Of a stretch of 64,000 bases of DNA, positions 23,502 to 32,444 are shown in pieces. How positions within the stretch are numbered: position 1 is the stretch's first letter; each line of letters starts with the position of its first letter. The notes below the pieces were generated by a model. The model saw only the letters and a list, made by a program, of their open reading frames with translations, was not told the origin of the DNA and did no database searches. This DNA comes from Pelagomonas calceolata (taxonomy: Eukaryota): contig CAKKNE010000005.1 in assembly GCA_918797485.1 (NCBI GenBank), positions 2,666,001 through 2,730,000 on the forward strand, in the 5' to 3' direction. The translations under genes were made by a program, and so were the position numbers.

Positions 23502-25181
23502 ATGGCCACGGTAGAACTCGCCATCTACGATTTAACGATGGGCATGGCCAAGCAGATGGCCGCGCCCCTCGCCGGTTTACTAGATGGCAAGAGCGTCGAG
23601 ATGGTCCCGCACACGGGCGTGCGAGTCTTCGGGAGGGAGATCGTGTACGCCGGCGGCGTGCTCTCGCAGCCGATCGCCACGGTCGAGGCGGGCATGGGCC
23701 GCAAGCCCAATACGGTCGAAAGATTAGGCACTACAACAAAAACCGAGGCCGAGGTCCAAACTTTTTTGCGGAGCATCTCCCACGAGTGGACGGCCCAGAA
23801 CTACGATTTGTGGGAGCACAACTGCAACAACTTCTCGGAGCGCGTCGCCCAATTTTTGGTAGGTAGTTCGATCCCCAAATGGATTCTGGACTTCCCGCGG
23901 GACATGAGAAGCACGCCGCTCGGCCAGATGCTCGCGCCGATGCTGGGCACGTCGCAGGACGCCCTGAATGGGCAGTTGGGCACGTCGGGCTACGTGGCTC
24001 CCGCTACGGCGGCGTCCGCGCCGGCGCCGGCGCCGCCGGCGCCCGGGGACGCCATGGCGGTCACGGTCAAGCCGGCCACGGGCTCCGCGGCCCCCCGGAC
24101 GCTGGCCATGTCGAAGACGGCGACGGTCGGCGATTTACGAAAGGCCCTCGGCGTCGACTCGGCGCCGCGCTTTGTTTTTATGGGCAAACTCCTCGCGGAC
24201 GACTCCAAAACATTAGCGTCGTACGGCGTCGCCGACGGCCTCACCATATTACAAGTGGCGGGCCGCGGATCTCCAGTAACGTCGCCTGCGCCCGCCGCGG
24301 CGGCGGCGCCTACGACGGCGACGACGCCGCTGGCCGCGTCCATCGCGCGCGCCGAGGCGAGCGGCGGCGCCGACGTCCTAAGGACGCTCCACCGCATCCT
24401 CTCGAACATCGTCCAGCACCCGACCGAGGCCAAATACAGACAACTCAAGACGACGAACGCGGCGTTCCAGCGCAAGTGCCTCAACCACGACGGCGCCCGG
24501 GACGTGTTAATTGCGGCGGGCTTCGTGGAAAATGACGGTGTGTTGACGATGACGCCGTCGGCCCAGGCCTACCCCATCTTGACGGCCGCGGAGCGGGCGT
24601 TATCAGCAAGATTGGACGCGATCGAGGCGGCGGCGCGGGGGCCCCCGGCCGCTCCTGGTATGCCGGACCTCTCGGCGCTCATGGGCGGCGGTGGTATGCC
24701 AGGTATGATGGGCGGCGCGGGCATGGGCAACGTCATGCAGGAGCTCCAGCGGAACCCGGTGCTGATGCAGCAGGTGCAACGCTTGATGAGCGACCCCGCG
24801 GCGATGCAGCGGGCCATGGAGACCATCCAGCGGAACCCGCAGCTGGCGCAGATGATGGCGCAGCGCATGCAGGGCGGCGGCGGCATGCCTGATCCACAAA
24901 CGATGGCGCGCATGATGCAGGATCCCGCCGTGCAGGCGCAGATGCGGCAGCTCCAGGCGTCGTTGGGTGGTGGTATGGGCATGCCTCCTCCCATGGGGGG
25001 CATGGGCGGCGGCGCCGGGCCCGACCCCGGCGCGCTCGCCGCGGCGCTCGCGGGCCTGAACAACGGGACCGGCGGCGCGGCGCCAGCGCCGCAGGCGAAC
25101 AACGTGAACGAGAACGGCGACGCCATGTCCGAGGAGGAGGCCATCCAGGAGGCCATCCGGCGGTCCATGCGCGAGCAGTAG
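23502..25181 (+). CDS. PPPDE/DeSI (peptidase C97) - UBL - PUB - STI1 - UIM protein
   Basis: LAIYDL, HTGVRVFGRE, YDLWEHNCNNFS (catalytic H/C); UBL FVFMGKLLADDSKTLASYGV; PUB ILSNIVQHPTEAKYRQLK; Met-rich DP repeats; terminal EEEAIQEAIRRSM. Confidence 0.88.
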   Translation: MATVELAIYDLTMGMAKQMAAPLAGLLDGKSVEMVPHTGVRVFGREIVYAGGVLSQPIATVEAGMGRKPNTVERLGTTTKTEAEVQTFLRSISHEWTAQNYDLWEHNCNNFSERVAQFLVGSSIPKWILDFPRDMRSTPLGQMLAPMLGTSQDALNGQLGTSGYVAPATAASAPAPAPPAPGDAMAVTVKPATGSAAPRTLAMSKTATVGDLRKALGVDSAPRFVFMGKLLADDSKTLASYGVADGLTILQVAGRGSPVTSPAPAAAAAPTTATTPLAASIARAEASGGADVLRTLHRILSNIVQHPTEAKYRQLKTTNAAFQRKCLNHDGARDVLIAAGFVENDGVLTMTPSAQAYPILTAAERALSARLDAIEAAARGPPAAPGMPDLSALMGGGGMPGMMGGAGMGNVMQELQRNPVLMQQVQRLMSDPAAMQRAMETIQRNPQLAQMMAQRMQGGGGMPDPQTMARMMQDPAVQAQMRQLQASLGGGMGMPPPMGGMGGGAGPDPGALAAALAGLNNGTGGAAPAPQANNVNENGDAMSEEEAIQEAIRRSMREQ

Positions 25182-25214
25182 TCCCCGTTCTAAAAAGTCG
25201 TGTATACAAAACTC

Positions 25215-26027
25215 TTAGTAGTCGTCTTCGGCCTCGGCCTCAAGGTCGGCCATATCGCCACACTTGTGGTCGCGCATACACGTTTCACACAACGTGTAGG
25301 CACACTCGTGCAGCGCCCCGAATTCCGGGTCCTCGCCGGCGGCCGAGCCCCGCTGCGTCCACCAGCGTTTCATGCGCGGGATCCGCCCGGTGTCGTGACG
25401 CCACCGCGCGCCGCGACAGCGCGTCCGGTGGGCGGGGCAATATGAGCGGAGATCAACCCCAAGATTGCGCTGGCATATGTCGCATCTACCCAATCGAGCA
25501 TTGTGATGGACCGTGCAGTAGACATTCTGACAGCCCAAGTGCCTGCACCTGCTTGGCTCGAACTTTAGGTGGGGTATTGGCATGGCCTCGGTGGCGATAA
25601 TTTCGCCAACGCCACTCCCATGATATGCGCACACCGGGTCGCCGCATCCGTCCGCCGCACAGCCGCGCATCGGGCAGCCCGACGAGGCGCAGTGGACGAC
25701 CACCTCGCCGAAGGGATTACCAATGCCAAACATAATTGCAAGTTGTAAAGCTTCACCAAGAGAGCACAGCGGCCGCCGTCGCGTGCCATCGGCGGCGTCG
25801 TCGCCGTTGGCCAGGTCGACGTGCCATGGCGATTTGGCCCGGCGATGCCGCCGCGCGCGCAAGATGTTGCCCTCGCGCGCGTCGTCCACGCTACGCTCCA
25901 GCAATTTGCACACGCATCCGCACGCGAGCAGCTCGTCGTCGTCGACGAGTCGCAACACCAGCTGGGTGGTGAGCTCACTTGTGCCAAACGCAGACGGCTG
26001 CGGGTTGGCTGAAGGCAGCGCATTCAT
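25215..26027 (-). CDS. F-box-like protein with Cys/His-rich C-terminus
   Basis: ELTTQLVLRLVDDDELLACGCVCKLL followed by several CxxC/CxxH clusters; ATG at 26027. Confidence 0.55.
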   Translation of the reverse strand: MNALPSANPQPSAFGTSELTTQLVLRLVDDDELLACGCVCKLLERSVDDAREGNILRARRHRRAKSPWHVDLANGDDAADGTRRRPLCSLGEALQLAIMFGIGNPFGEVVVHCASSGCPMRGCAADGCGDPVCAYHGSGVGEIIATEAMPIPHLKFEPSRCRHLGCQNVYCTVHHNARLGRCDICQRNLGVDLRSYCPAHRTRCRGARWRHDTGRIPRMKRWWTQRGSAAGEDPEFGALHECAYTLCETCMRDHKCGDMADLEAEAEDDY

Positions 26028-26146
26028 AATCAGTGCAGATGCTCTCGGTAGGCTTGCGCAGCACGCGGGGTCCACAGATGCCAGGTGTCCCACGGGAACG
26101 AGTTCGCCCGCAGTGGCCGATCCGAGGTGCGCCGCAAGCAAACCGA

Positions 26147-26171
26147 GCTAGCGGCCTGTAAAGACACTAGC
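26147..26171 (-). promoter_or_regulatory. Paired-CTAG upstream element
   Basis: Minus strand GCTAGTGTCTTTACAGGCCGCTAGC, ~120 bp before ATG 26027(-). Confidence 0.65.
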
Positions 26172-26348
26172 GACCGGGGCCAGCCGGACGGGTGGGCCCG
26201 GGGGGAGCGGGAGGGGTACGGGGGATTCCGCGACGTAACTAGCCTGGGCCTGAGCCACGATTCCGCCCACCTAGTCCTAGCACCGCCAGGGGCTCCGCCC
26301 ACGAGTCCTAGCACCGCAACCGGGAAACGAGACGTACAAGAGAAAAGA

Positions 26349-27512
26349 TTAGAGCTCCCGCGACAGCAGGCAGTTCTTGTCCTCGTCGTCGACGAGCACC
26401 GACAGGCCCTTCCGCAATAGCTTCAGGCCCGCGAGCTGCCGCCGCGACACCTCGGTGATCGACGTCTTGTGCACATTGATTTGCTTCAGGTGCGGCGCGG
26501 CCCCCGCGGCGAGCGCGAACATCAATTTCTGGACGCCACTATCCGTAATTTCGTTGTAGGACAGGTCGATGCTCTCGAGACCGACTTCGCCCTCACTTAC
26601 CTCATAATTTTTGGGAGGCAGGGCCTCGACAATAGCTCCCATATCGTTATCAGACAAGGATAAACATCTCAAGTCACACTTGATACATGTCCGATCAGAA
26701 ACGGATGCGATCATCGGGGCAAATTTATCCGTGTTCCTCAGACCCGCTTTGACGCCTTTCACATACCGATCGGTCGTCTGCTTTTCTCGTAAAGCGATAT
26801 CGCATTCTAATTCAGGTAACAACTCAGGCATCAAGGTCACCCCATCTCTCTTCGCGTCGGCGACTTTCGCCAGATGTTTATGTAGGTGCGTCAACCGCTC
26901 CCGAACGGGCAACCAGCCCCGCTCCCCAACAATTTTTTTGAGATGAGCCTCCGCATCAGAAATATCAACCTCCGGAGCTTTTAGTTTGGGGTCCACCTGG
27001 TCCGCACCCGGTCCTTGCGGCGCATTGGACTTCTTGAACTCCCACTCGCCTTGATTCTCATGCGTCCCGACGTATTCATCCTCAGCCCCTTCCTTACACA
27101 AACCCGTTGGTAGGCAGTGCTCCGAACTGAAATCCGTGACCTTGAACCGCCCGCGACACTCCCCAATAATTTTGCCATCAATACGATGGCACGCGTACCA
27201 CTTGACCATGAGATCTAAGTTATATGTAGCAAACATCTTGCCCTTCCGCTGGTTGATCACAGCTTCGCCCGTGTCGCGGTAGCAGTTCCTTAGTCGTATG
27301 AGATACTCGTCAGAATCATACACAGTCTTCTGGTCCATGTTCAGCTCGAGCCAGTCCTTGAGCCACCCCCCGTTCTGCGTCAGGTCCCACTCGTTCCAGT
27401 GGTACCTATCTCTGTTCTCCTTACCCGTGTCCTCTTTCGAAGCGTCTTCAGTAGCGAAGCCGCCGCTCGGCGCGACATGTGATGGCGCCGCGTAGTGCTC
27501 GAGGGCGCTCAT
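26349..27512 (-). CDS. Aha1_N (Hsp90 activator) domain + RI-like LRR protein
   Basis: NRDRYHWNEWD and GEAVINQRKGK match Aha1_N motifs; LRR LESIDLSYNEITDSGVQKL. Confidence 0.7.
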   Translation of the reverse strand: MSALEHYAAPSHVAPSGGFATEDASKEDTGKENRDRYHWNEWDLTQNGGWLKDWLELNMDQKTVYDSDEYLIRLRNCYRDTGEAVINQRKGKMFATYNLDLMVKWYACHRIDGKIIGECRGRFKVTDFSSEHCLPTGLCKEGAEDEYVGTHENQGEWEFKKSNAPQGPGADQVDPKLKAPEVDISDAEAHLKKIVGERGWLPVRERLTHLHKHLAKVADAKRDGVTLMPELLPELECDIALREKQTTDRYVKGVKAGLRNTDKFAPMIASVSDRTCIKCDLRCLSLSDNDMGAIVEALPPKNYEVSEGEVGLESIDLSYNEITDSGVQKLMFALAAGAAPHLKQINVHKTSITEVSRRQLAGLKLLRKGLSVLVDDEDKNCLLSREL

Positions 27513-27886
27513 GGTGCTGCCCTCGCGTCGATGGCGTGCTCGGAGTACTCCTTGGAGCGCCGGCTGGCAAGCAGAGGCTGCCTTTGGATTCGGAATCAAC
27601 CTTTGCTGTCCGCTTCGGGCAGCTATTGGCGCTGTGCTGCTTTTGAGATCTCGATTTTTTTGCTAGCGTACGGGTTTTATCCCCTGGCGCTTCCGGGACT
27701 TCTGAAGGGCAGACTCGACGGATTTGAGCTTCGGCGGTCCGCCCCTGACGATTGGACAAAAGTCTGTCTAGTGGTTCTCCGATAGGGGGATCCGCGGTCG
27801 CTGCCGGTGCCAGTGCGCACGGAGTGGAGCTCTCGGAGCGCCCAGGAACCTGGGCCTCGAAAGCAAGAAACTACGAGTAGCCTAAG

Positions 27887-28939
27887 TTACAACCGCCCCA
27901 TGAGGATGTTGTTCAGCACCGTCCGCCGGTTGCGCTCGCGGATGAAGCGTGACGCGCCCGAGTCGTCGCCGTGTTGCAACGACCCCGCCAGCCGCGGGTT
28001 GATCGCCCGCGACTCCAGGGCCCGCCGCTCGTGCGCGCGCAGCTTGCGAATCTCCTCCTTGCGGCCGCCCATGACCGGGCCGAGGTAGCGTCGCGGCGAC
28101 GGCGCGGGCGGTGGCGTGTACCACTTCTTCCGCCGCCGCGTCTTTCGCTGAAGAGCGGGTAACTGCACGTCGGACCGCCGCGCATGCACTCTACGTCGCG
28201 CCGCCGTCCGCGGGCCGGGCTTGTAGTCCGGCTCAATATCCACAATGCGCGGACCAGCCGGAACCACGGGAAAACGCCGTCGCCGCGGCTTCTCCTCAGG
28301 GGACCGCCGTTTCTTCGGCTTTTCGTCGGGCGAGAAGCGCGGCGTCGTCCTAAATTCCTTGTGAACTCTATCTTCCTCGGGCGACGGCGCCGGGAGTGAT
28401 ACCGAGAACTTCTTTGCCGCCACAGTATGGTGCGCTTCCGGCTTTCGTCTAGCTTCGTCCAACGAGGGAATCTGGAGCCCCACCCGGAGCTTGGGTTCGG
28501 TCTTCGCGAGCGGCGACTTGTAGGACGGCTCCTTCCAGCCTGGCAAGAGGGGCGGCGTCGCGTCGCGCGAGATGGCAGGGGCCACGCGCGGCTGGGGCCA
28601 CTGCGGCTGCAATAGATTCGTGGCCTGGACGCCTCTTCTCAGATTCGCCTTGGGCTTCGGCGCATCAACTAATTCCCAATTCCACCACTCCTCAGACGGG
28701 CCGCCGCGCTGCGGCCGCCGCGGAGGACTTCTACGGGGCCGGTTGAGCGGATCATTATCGCGAATCCCGGCGCCGTCCGCAATATAATTCAAGGTCGTGT
28801 CCGTGTTCTTGAGGCCCGGGATCTTTAACCCTTGTCTTAGTTTGGGGGGCGAGGCCTGGAGCTGCTGGAGGGCCGCGAGCTGCGCTTTCAGTTGCTTCAC
28901 TTCGTCCTGGGCCGCTCGCACTTCCTCTTGCGGGTCCAT
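27887..28939 (-). CDS. Hypothetical Pro/Arg-rich protein
   Basis: 350-aa ORF with a short N-terminal coiled coil. Confidence 0.6.
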   Translation of the reverse strand: MDPQEEVRAAQDEVKQLKAQLAALQQLQASPPKLRQGLKIPGLKNTDTTLNYIADGAGIRDNDPLNRPRRSPPRRPQRGGPSEEWWNWELVDAPKPKANLRRGVQATNLLQPQWPQPRVAPAISRDATPPLLPGWKEPSYKSPLAKTEPKLRVGLQIPSLDEARRKPEAHHTVAAKKFSVSLPAPSPEEDRVHKEFRTTPRFSPDEKPKKRRSPEEKPRRRRFPVVPAGPRIVDIEPDYKPGPRTAARRRVHARRSDVQLPALQRKTRRRKKWYTPPPAPSPRRYLGPVMGGRKEEIRKLRAHERRALESRAINPRLAGSLQHGDDSGASRFIRERNRRTVLNNILMGRL

Positions 28940-29338
28940 AGTGACGCGCCGGAGCAGCCGTGTGCGCGCTGGGGCAGCCCTTCGTGATGGACAGGTGAAA
29001 CGGGAACCGCTTCGCCTCTCGTACTAGCCTCGCCGCGCCGGGGAGCGATCGGCAGCGGCCGAGGAGGGGTGCCTGGTCCTTTAACACCCGTGCGAGCGAT
29101 GGCCCCCGGTCCAAACCCGCACTTCGAAAACGCAAAATCTCTCCGCGCGCATCTCTCACTTTGTGAGCACAAGCGGGCAGCGATCGCGCGACCGCTGGCC
29201 ACCGTGCAAAGCTCTGAAAGCGGCTGGGCAGCGCTGCAGGCAGCCAAAGGCTAGACGCTCCAGCATCTGCCTTCATAGCAAGCACAAACAATCGCATCCT
29301 CCAGCTCCGAGCAGCATAGCTCGTAATAACAGCTGACA

Positions 29339-31025
29339 ATGCGCCGGCCGACATGGACCGACCCTGACAAGGACAAGGAGTCGCAGGCGGCCGCCAGCGA
29401 CGACGCCTCGGACGACGACGGCATCGATCGCAATCCCTGCAAGTTCCCCGATCTACTGTTTGCTATCGCCTTCTCCGCGATGGTCGTTGCCATGATCTAC
29501 GCGGCCTTCTACTACCAGTATGCAGGGCGGGTAGATTTCGATGATTTGGCAAGCGAGGATGCCGCCGGAAATCTGTTCTCGTTGCTGATCGCGTGCTACG
29601 CGTCCGCGGCCGTCGTGAGCCAGCTCGTAGCGTCGATCGCGCTGCGGTCCGGAACTAGCGCACTGGACGTGCTGCTCGGCGCGTCCAACGCCCTCACGCT
29701 GGCGGGCTCGGTGCTCGCGTTTATCTTCGTCGGGCCTTGGACGGGCTGCGGTTTATTAGCAGTGTTCCTCGTGGGGGGCGCGTTCCAGGTGTTCGGCCGG
29801 AGCGATCGCTCGGAGTTTGCGGCGGCAACCGTGGCGGTCGGCTGCGACGCGGCCTTGGAATATCCCGAAATGGGCTGTGAGGCGGCCGTCGGCCTCGAGG
29901 GTGGCGCGTTTTTTCTGACGGTCGTGGCTACGCTGCTCTTCGGTACTTTTTCGGTGGCGGCCTTCGGCTACTACGCCTTCGAGGTCCAGAAGAGCGACGA
30001 CGATGATTGGGACACGGCGCTGTTCCTCGTCTGCCTCGCGTTCGCGGCGTGCTTCTTTTGGGCTTCTCAGGTGCTCAAGTATGTCATAACGGCCGCGACC
30101 GCGTCGACGGCGAACAGCTGGTGGTTCGGGAAGGACGTGGCGCCGCTTTCCGCGTTTTGTCGGGCCGTGACGTATCACTACGGCGCGATCTGCTTCGGGG
30201 CGTTAGTGGTCGCGCCGATCGAATCGATCGCGACGTCGATCAATTCGATGAAGCGAATGAGTGCGCGGGCCGAGAGCGGCGCGGTGAGCTCCGTACTCTC
30301 TGGTTGCTTGTGTTGCGTGACGACAGTCTTACAGTGCTGCGAAAGTATACTCGACTACTTTAACAAATTTGCGTTTGTGCTTCCCCGGCGTCCTCACGCC
30401 ACCTCCACGCCATCGACGCGACGCGTCCCACGCGCAGGTCCTCGTCGGCATGCGCGGCGCCTCATATGCGTACGCGAGCCGGCAGATCGTGGCGGTCTTT
30501 GGGAGTCAAGGATGTATTGCGGCTGGCGCCGACTTCTATTCAGAATCTGTGGTAGCCTTGTCGAGCATCAGCGTCGGCGCCGTCACGGCGGCCTTCGCCG
30601 TCGGACTGGGGGACGACAGTACGGAGCTGGAGGAAGGCATCTCCTCGACGTCGGCCGTCATCGCCGTCCTCGCGGGCGCCGGCGGCTACTGCGTCGCGGC
30701 GACGGCCTTCGCGATCGTCGAGGCCTGTGTGGAAATCAACCAGTGAGTAGGCTATCTTCGTCGACCTCCACGCCATCGAGCAGATGCAGTTCCGGGGACA
30801 CCGTCGCGTCGATGGCGTGGGGCGCCTGAAATTTGATCCACACAGGTCGAGGCCGCGGGAAAGGCCGCGCTCGTCTTATACCTCGAGGACCCCAACGCTC
30901 TAAAGCGCACGCATGAAAGCGACTTCGACCGGCTCTCAGGCGTCTGGCACCTCCTCGGCAAGGAGGTCGCGACCGTGCCCGAGGAGTACGAGCCGCTCCA
31001 GGCGCCCAACGACGGGTTCACGTAA
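29339..31025 (+). CDS. Choline transporter-like (CTL/SLC44/PNS1) protein, 3 exons (29339-30376, 30438-30716, 30846-31025)
   Basis: Multiple TM helices; FPDLLFAIAF, RAVTYHYGAICFGALVVA, YFNKFAF|VLVGMRG, terminal LVLYLEDP. Splicing restores the frame. Confidence 0.85.
30377..30437 (+). mobile_element. 61-nt intron, TIR-less introner remnant
   Basis: GTGCTT...CGCAG; exact internal motif CTCCACGCCATCGACGCGACG; donor GTGCTT echoes the downstream exon start GTCCTC. Confidence 0.7.
30717..30845 (+). mobile_element. Introner element intron (body 30725-30845), reverse orientation relative to 7490-7645
   Basis: Perfect TSD GTCGAGGC (30717-30724 and 30846-30853); TIRs CTGTGTGGAAATCAA and TTGATCCACACAG; in-frame TGA inside. 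Confidence 0.92.
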
Positions 31026-31047
31026 TATGTATATTCTTAGCCAGAGC

Positions 31048-32006
31048 TCAGTAGTCGCCCTCGTCGGCGTTGGGGTCAGCGCAGGCGCGGACTTTCAACG
31101 TTTCGTGGTCGACCTTCTCCCAGGAGCCGTCTTTCTTCTGCCTCGTTACGAACTTGTCGAGGACGCGCGTCGCGCCGGTGCGCGGGCCCGGGGCCTGGAG
31201 GTCGCGCGAGCGGATGAAGCGGTGCTCCTCCCGATGCACGAGGACCGACCTCCCACCGGTGTCGTCGAGCCGGACGCGGTACGGCATCTTCGACGCGGCG
31301 CCGACATCAACATCCACCTGTACGACCTCACCGGCGGCCCAGTCCGTGTGGACATCTTCAGGGTCCTCCACCGCAACGCACACCTTATCGCCGACGGCGA
31401 AGCGCCGCTTCTTCGTGGGGTTGAGAGGTAGGCACCTGTGTGGAAATCAATGCCATCGAGCAGGCGTCGCGTAAATTTGATTGCCACACGGGTAAGGCAC
31501 GCGATCGAGAACTGCGCCCCGCCCGGCACGTCGCCGTCGAAGCAGATTTCGCTTCTACAAAAGTTCTTCCGGTCTTCCGGCACCGATATCAACTTGCCCA
31601 GTGGCGGGTCGAGCTTGACGACGTACGGAAAGAGTTCGGTAGGATCCTGCGGGTTCGGCTCATTCACACTTTGGACGGCGCCCGGCAGCCACCCGAAGCC
31701 GCCTCCGAGCGAGCACACGACCCTGTCTGATCTTTGAAACCGTCTGGGGGGGGGCGGCGGCCGCGGCGGCAGGTAGCTATACCCGGGCGGCAGCTCCCGC
31801 TGGTCGTTCAATCTCGATAAATCCGCGAGGTCCCTCTCGAGCTGTTCCCGCGAATCATAGCCCGGCGGCAGCTCGCCCGTCTCCTTCCACCGCTCGAGAT
31901 CGTCCAAGTCCCGCTCGAGCTGCTCGCGCTCGGGGTCTCGTCTCGGCGGGTCGGCGTCGGAGTCGTCCCGGCTGCGGCTGCGGCTGCGCTGGGGTTGGCT
32001 GGCCAT
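31048..32006 (-). CDS. Hypothetical protein with two small beta-barrel-like (RFxxxDxV...W..G.V...PY.V.LD) modules, 2 exons (32006-31501, 31435-31048)
   Basis: Splicing 31500-31436 gives FSIACLPLNPTKKRRFAVGDKVC. N-terminal duplicated REQLERDLxDL..ELPPGY. Confidence 0.7.
31436..31500 (-). mobile_element. 65-nt mini introner element intron
   Basis: TIRs CTGTGTGGAAATCAA (31436) and TTGATTGCCACACGG; TSD GTGCCTAC vs GTGCCTTAC on the minus strand; core GCCATCGAGCAGGCGTCGCGT shared with 8504-8692. Confidence 0.88.
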
Positions 32007-32444
32007 TTTCTAGCGTCTTGACGGCGTGCGCGCGCGGTGCTGGCCTGCAGAGCAGTGCTGGCTGTGCTAATTTTGCGTCGCGCTCCGACGCCGCGGCACC
32101 AATATCGCCTTTTGTGGCCTTTTTGGCAGCAGAGTGAGGCACTGTCGTGCTTCCTGCTTCTGTTTGACGATCCACGTGTGACCAGTTCCTTAGAGGCCTG
32201 TCAAGGCCTTGGCGCTCGCCGCGATTATTGCAACTATACGCGCCACCTAGTGCACGCACACACAGTTGGCAACGCTCAGCCGTTCGTCAGCACGCCTCAC
32301 CGCAACTCAGCGAGCCAGGAACGCCGGGAAACGCGTCCAGCAAGTGCTGTGTAATCCATACACATACAGCCATCCTCGTCGTACGCGACGAGCTAGACCA
32401 AAGCACTCCTCAGAGTCGACGACAGCATCGAAACGAACAGCAAA

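Noticed and set aside
30377..30829. Arg-rich C-terminus of the 496-aa ORF 29339-30829
   Set aside because: Read-through of an intron; the spliced frame gives the expected transporter helices.
7490..31491. Repeated CTGTGTGGAAATCAA and CTAG motifs as a CRISPR-like array
   Set aside because: Copies are dispersed, not regularly spaced; eukaryotic context and no cas genes.
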